Below are positions 57,874-64,000 of a DNA stretch of 64,000 nt, one piece after another. Position 1 is the stretch's first letter. Every line of letters begins with the position of its first letter. The DNA comes from Gekko japonicus (Eukaryota): the NCBI RefSeq assembly GCF_001447785.1, contig NW_015167655.1, forward strand, positions 13,602 through 77,601. The letters are read 5' to 3'. The position numbers and the translations under genes are program-made. The notes beneath the pieces were generated by a model, which had not been told where the DNA came from, made no database searches, and worked only from the letters and a program-made list of their open reading frames with translations.

Positions 57874-60800
57874 TGAGGACTTGGCACTGGATAAGCAATT
57901 AATATTCAAAGGTTTTCCTTGTGGGTTGCCCACTCGTTTAATTTGCAGGGTTGCCAGCTCCGTATTGGGAAATTCCTGGAGGTTTGGGGGTGGAGCCTGG
58001 GGCAGGCAGGATTTAGGGAAGGGAGTGACCTCCGCAGGGTATCATTCCGTTGAGTTAGGGATGCCAGCCTCCGGGTGGGACCTGGGGATCCCGCAGAATT
58101 ACAGCTCACCTCCAGACTACAGAGATCCATTTCCCTGGATAAAATAGATACTTTGGAGGGTGGACTTTGTGGTATTGTACCCCAGGCTCCATCCCCAAAC
58201 CTTCAGGAGTTTCCCAACCTGGATCTGGCACACACAAAAACCCCATCCCTCACCAGTAGCCAGGGGGGACCTGGCCAGTGTTCCCTCTAAGCTGAGCTAG
58301 TGTGAGGTAGCTCACAGTTTTTTAGCCTCCGGCTCACACATCTTTGTCTTAGCTCAAGAAGGATGGCTCCAGGGCAAACTAATTTGTGCAGCAGCCAAAT
58401 CGCTCGCTCACAACTTTAATGCCAGTAAGTCACAAAGTAGAATTTTTGCTCACAAGTCTCCATGGCTTAGAGGGAGCGTTGGGCCTGACAACCCTACATA
58501 GAGTATGCAATCCAAATCAACCACACACACCCCGAGAATGGATCTAGGACATCTGGAGAGCAGTTGTAATCCCAGGAGATCTCCAGGCCCCACCTGGAGG
58601 TTGGCAGCCCTGTTAATTGGGCCCCGCTCTTGTGTCCTTAACACTGACTGGCTGTGCGAGCGTAAGTGACATTGTTTCTTCCCATGCCATGAAAAGCTTC
58701 CCCTCCTGGTAGCTGCACATCCAGATGCAGCTAAAGACACAGGAGCAGGCAGGGGCGTCGGGCTAACCTACCCCCCCCCAGACCCTGCAACTGTCCGCTG
58801 TCAGTGGTTCCCCTTCCCACCGTGGCAGAGACGCCACCCTTGTCTCCTTCACCAAGGCACCTCCCGCTGTTCCCCGCCCTTCGTGCCAGTTCCTGTGACA
58901 ATCTCCTTCTTTCCCCCTGAGCTCATTAGCTGTGCTCTGAGTTTCCATGAGCTCAGAGGGTGATTAATACCCAGGGAGTAGATGGCTGATCACTCTGCCC
59001 CATGTCCCGGGCTAACCTCTTCTCTCCCCCCCCCCCCCCACCGCGAGGGCGCTCTCTCTCCCGTCCTCAGACTTCCTTCTCTCGTCCAGCCTAGAGCAAC
59101 TAGACCCGTCTTCCAAGTGGCACAGAGAGAGGGGGTCCTTCTTTCCCGTTGGAAGAGAGCGGGGGCTGGGAAGCAGAAGAGGATCCACCCGGAAAACCTG
59201 GGAGGAGGACGAGATTGGGGGGGAAAAGGTGAGGAACGGCGAGGGGGGCGGAGAGTCTTGCTGGTGAACTTCCAAGTGCGCCCATTTGCGCCTGTGCCCT
59301 TGGGCCTGTTTCATCTTGACAGCTGCACCCTCGTGTGCTCTGTGTGAAGGAATCCAGGGTGTGCCCCCCCCCCCAAAGCCGGATGCAGATGTTGGCAAAG
59401 TTGGGCATTTCCTGGAGCCCCCAAATTGGCAGAGGGACCCCCTGATGCCGGCTTGGCAATCGGCACCCCAAAATGGGCCTGAAGTGGCTTCAGAGAGCCT
59501 TCTCGGTGTCCCACCGCATCTCTCCCAGCTGACAGGAGTCCCCCCAGGGTGGTTTCCTTGAGCCTCCCCAATCCCGGAGCTGGCGCTGGGGGGTGCTCCT
59601 TGTGTTGTGTGTGGTAGAGGCATTTGGGGGGCTGGCGTGACATTCTCAGCCAGCCTGGCAAGGAGGGCAATACTTTGCTTGTTGCTAACTGTTGTGTTCC
59701 GGGCACCACTAGAGAAGGGGGTGACTCAAGACTTCAAAAGACAAAAACACAATTGCGAAGGCCATGGCTCCTTTTGGTCCTACGGTTGCCAGTTTCTAAA
59801 CTTGTTCCTCTAGTCGTCCCTTTAATAGCAGTTTGGTCTGCACCAGTTAACTGCTGATATTTATTTAAATCCTGCCTGTTCCTGAAGACTGGTGGTGGAC
59901 AGTGTCATCACCTCACAGCTGATTGAGGGCGACCCCCATCGGGTTTTCGAGGCAAGAGACATTCAGAGGTGGTTGGCCATTGCCTGCCTCTGGCCGGTGA
60001 CCCTGGACTTCCTTGGTGGTCTCCCATCCAAGTAATAACCCAGAACCCACCCTGCTGAGCTTCCGAGATCTGGCAAAATCGGGCTAGCCTGATTAAACCT
60101 AAACTTTAAAGGAAAAGGACTCTCTTTTTTTTTCTTGACCAGTTGGTAACAGCTCTGACATCTAGAATATTTGGAGATGAAGCTTTTCCTTGGCATTAAG
60201 AAAGTTTCAGTGGCATAATTTCCGGGCACCGTTAGAATCTCTAAATCTGGAGCAATCTAAAATCTAGGTAGGGTGCCTTAGATTCTTAGTAGGCTTCCCA
60301 ACCTCCAGGTAAGGATCGGAGATCTCCCAAAATTAGAAGAAGAAGAAGAGAAGAGATTGGATTTATACCCCGCCCTTCACTACCCAAAGGAGTCTCAGAG
60401 CGGCTTACAAACTCCTTTCCCTTCCCCTCCCCACAACAGGCACCCTGTGAGGTAGGTGGGGCTGAGAGAGCTCTGACAGAAACTGCTCTTTTTCAAGAAC
60501 AGCTCTTATCAGAACTATGGCTTGCCCAAGGTCATCCAGCCAGGTGCAAGTGGAGGAGTGGGGAATCAAACCCGGTTCTCCCAGATTAGAGTCCGCACAC
60601 TTAACCACTACACCAAACTGGCTCTCTTTTACAATTACAACTGAATTCCAGACTACAGAGATCAGTTCCCCTGGAGGAGATGGCTGCTTTGGAGGGTGGA
60701 CTCTGTATGGCATTATAGCCTACTGAGGTCCTTCCCCTCCCCAAACTCCCCAGCATCCACCCATAAATCTCCAGGAATTTCCCCTCCTGGAGTTGGCAAA

Positions 60801-63800
60801 TGAGTCCCTTTGCTTTTTTCAACCAGTGTGTGTAGTGGTTAGGGTGATGGGCTAGGCCCTGGGAGACCCCACTGTGCTATGGAAGCTTGCTGGGTGACCC
60901 TGGGCCAGTCACAAATTCTCAGCCTAACCTACCTCACAGGGTTGTTGTGAGGATAAACTGAAGGAGAGAAGAACAATGTAAACCACTTTCGGTCCCCACT
61001 GGGTAGAAAGGCAGGACCAATAAATAAGACCAAATAATAAACAGGTCTACTACCAAGATGATCGCAGGGGCAAAACCTTCTCTGTTTAGCAGACCAATTA
61101 CAGAACTACCCCCAGAGGGGCCCTGTGCCCCCCCAATTTAGCTTCAAGCAAAAAAGTGAGTCTTAGTTCTTCTGTTTTAACAGGCCCTGCTTAGGGGTAT
61201 GACTAGCAATGCTGGGGGGGGGGGTCACCCCAGGCCTTTGCCCCTAGGATGTGCATGTGGGGAAATATCTTGTGGTCACTGGTGTTTCCCCCACCCCGGC
61301 AGTGAGGGATTATCCGGTGCAAGGCAAAGCTCTTTAGAACACCTCAGGCATCTGTGAGCTCCCAGGCTGGGGTGGGGGCACTCTCAGGCCCTAATCCGCC
61401 TTGAGCTCCCCCACCCTCGGCTCTCTGCGGCTGGTGAAGAACTGGGGCAGTGATTCTGAATCCACCCTCCCAAGGCGGAGGGGACACACGTGAACACATG
61501 GAAACAGACCATCGGGCCATCAAGGTCAGTCTTGTCTTGTCTACTCAGACAGGCATCAGCTCTCCAGGGTCTCGGGCTGAGGTCTTTCCCATTTCCTACT
61601 GCCTGTTCCTTTTAACTGGAGTTGCTGGGGCTTGAACTGGGGACCTTCTGGGTGCGGAGCAGATGATCTGTCACTGAGCCACGGCCCTCCCCAGGAGCGA
61701 AGCAAGGCCCAATTCCGCTTGGCTCCAGACCTGAGCTGTATATAGCTAAGAAGCAGGTCAAGGGAGCCCAGCTTAGAAGGGCCTCCCAGGCAGGACCCTC
61801 CATGGTCCAACTTTTGGGGCAGGTGTTTGAACCAGACCTTGGAAGAGCTGAAACAAGCCTCCAAAAGCATAATCGGTACTTCAGCAACAGACCATGTGCA
61901 CAGCTGGGTGTGAGGGGGCCCACTGGACAGTGCCAGTGACAATATGCCTTCTCTAGGGTTGCCATGCCAACCTCCAGGTGGCTTCTGGAGATCTCCAGAT
62001 GACCAAGATCAGTTTCTCTAACGAAAATGGTGGCTTTGGAGAGTGGACTCTATGCTAATAATGCGGAGTAATGCGGAGCACAAGCTGCTTAAAGAATAAA
62101 GTTGGTTTATTAAGAAGACAACACACTTTGTAAGAAAGATGAGAAAGAGAAGTCTAACTATCTAACAAGGTAGGAAAGAGTCAGTAAAGTAACTGTTCTC
62201 AGCAGAAGCAGGAAAGACCCTAACAGAGTCACTCAGGAGACAGGAAGCAAGACTATTTGAAATTAGTAGGAAGTCCCTAATCTCATTATGCTAAATAGTT
62301 GTCCCCTCTGCTGACACCTGTAGAATGTTCTTATCATTTATGGATGCACAATAGACCTTGCATATTCCAACATTATACCCCGCAGAGGTCCCTCCTCTCT
62401 GAGAGCCAGTTTGGTGTAGTGGTTAAGAGTAGCAGATTCTAATCTGGAGAACTGGGTTTGATTCCCTACTCCTCCACATGCAGCTGCTGGGTGACCTTGG
62501 GTCAGTCACAGTTCTCTCAGAGCTCACAGCCACGCCTACCTCACAGGGTGTCTGTTGTGGGGAGAGGAAGGGAAGGAGAGTGTAAGGCACTCTGAGACTC
62601 CGAGTGAAGGGCGGTGTAGAAATCCAATCTCTTCTTTTTCTCAGAAACCCTGCCCTCCCCAGGCTCCACCCCCCCAAATATCCAGGTATTTCCCAAACCA
62701 GAGCTGGCAACTCTAGACCTTCCCCTGCTTCCTACACCCAAAGCAGTTTTAGAACAATTTCTAATTTTTAAATTCTTTTTTTCCTGTAGTTGCATACCTA
62801 CATAGACATTCATTATTTATTTTATTCATTTATACCCAGCCTTTCCCCCCAATGGGGGACCCAAAGTGTTCTCTTCTCTTCCCAACAACAACCCTGTTAG
62901 GTAGGGTAGCAAGCTTCCGTGGCAAAGAGAGGATTTGAACCTGGGTCTTCCCAGGTCTGACTGGCTTTCACGATAGCTCCTTAAACACAGGTAGGTGGCC
63001 TGATTAGGTTCTAAAGCTCTAAGTCAGGGGTCCCAAACTCTTCTGAACCTGTGGGCACCTCTGAAATTCTGACACAGCATGGTGGGTGGAGTCACAAAAT
63101 GGCTGCCATTGAGGAGGAGCCAGCCACAAAATGTCCGCCACAGCTTACCTTCAGTCACATAGTGAAGATCCTTGTGCTGTGGTGGCAGTTGCTGCCAAAG
63201 CAACGGTTTTTAAAAACCTGCACAGCCAATCAAATCTCTAGCGGCCAATCAAAAGTCTCGCTGGTCAAAAGCCTCACCTGGCCCTGCCCACTTTCTAAAA
63301 AGGCTTGGCAGGCACCTGGAAAGGTGTTGGTGGGCACCACATTGGGGTCCCATGCTCCAGGGCATCCCAGAAAAAGAGTAGCCTTCAATTACCCAGATTT
63401 ATCCTTATACCCTGGAGCACCGCAATTAAGTATGATCCTTCAGTAAGTAGAAAACGCAGAAGAGTACAAACTCAACAAACTTACGTTGACCAAATGACTT
63501 TGGAAGAGATTGTCTGGGTCAGCCCAAGACAATATTGTAGAGCCCATTTCTCCCACCAGTTCTTAGAATGTTGGTTCTGCAACACTGTGGGGCTAATGAA
63601 GAAAAATACCAGGCATGTCAGCTGCCTTTCCTTGGACAATCATGAAGCCCCCGCCCCCCCGCCCCAGCAAGAAATCAGAACTCTTTCAGCAACCAGAGGG
63701 GGAAGAAAAGATAAAAAAAGATTAAAGGGCTGGAAAAGATAAAAAAAAGATTAAAGGGCTTATCTGAACAGGGAACATCGCAAACAAAAACCCGACTGCA

Positions 63801-64000
63801 AGCCGCTTCACAAACCTAAAAATACATTGGTTCTAATACTGACAAGTTCATCATTTATTGCAAAGTCCAGATGTAAAGACAGCGTATTCAAAGGCCCCAA
63901 CTAGGAAAAAAAAAGAATTGGATTCTAGCCAAGATGACATATTGTAGAGGTTGTTATTTCAACTGTCTGTAAATGGTTAGGAAGAAACGCTGTACAAAAA

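Noticed and set aside
1-64000. CRISPR array, operon or prokaryotic defence system
   Set aside because: The sequence is intron-containing vertebrate DNA, and no regularly spaced repeat-spacer array was seen.

Overview
Vertebrate genomic DNA with introns and dense repeats. The SINE, CR1, RTE and hAT content points to a squamate reptile, probably a gecko (inference). There are three N-gaps. Four genes can be assembled by hand from GT-AG sites. (1) A divergent SLC30A1/ZnT1-like gene (- strand, ~7958-11864): exon 2 is intact, but exon 1 stops after TM1 and is fused to half of a MITE. (2) UBXN1 (+ strand): non-coding exon 1 at ~18.4 kb, CDS 20428-35484, 303 aa, with one coding exon present twice. 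(3) DMAC1/TMEM261 (- strand, 2 coding exons, 87 aa). (4) UQCC3/C11orf83 (- strand, 2 coding exons, 83 aa). Most other ORFs in the track are repeat-derived or random. The strongest leads are a tRNA-SINE inserted exactly at the DMAC1 3' splice site, giving two competing acceptors; a ZnT1 paralogue lacking the TM5 HxxxD metal site; DMAC1 lying between UBXN1 and UQCC3, so two respiratory-chain assembly factors sit in tandem; and Penelope-type hammerhead motifs. I found no evidence for a wholly new multi-gene system. All homology calls rest on recalled protein and repeat sequences, not database searches.
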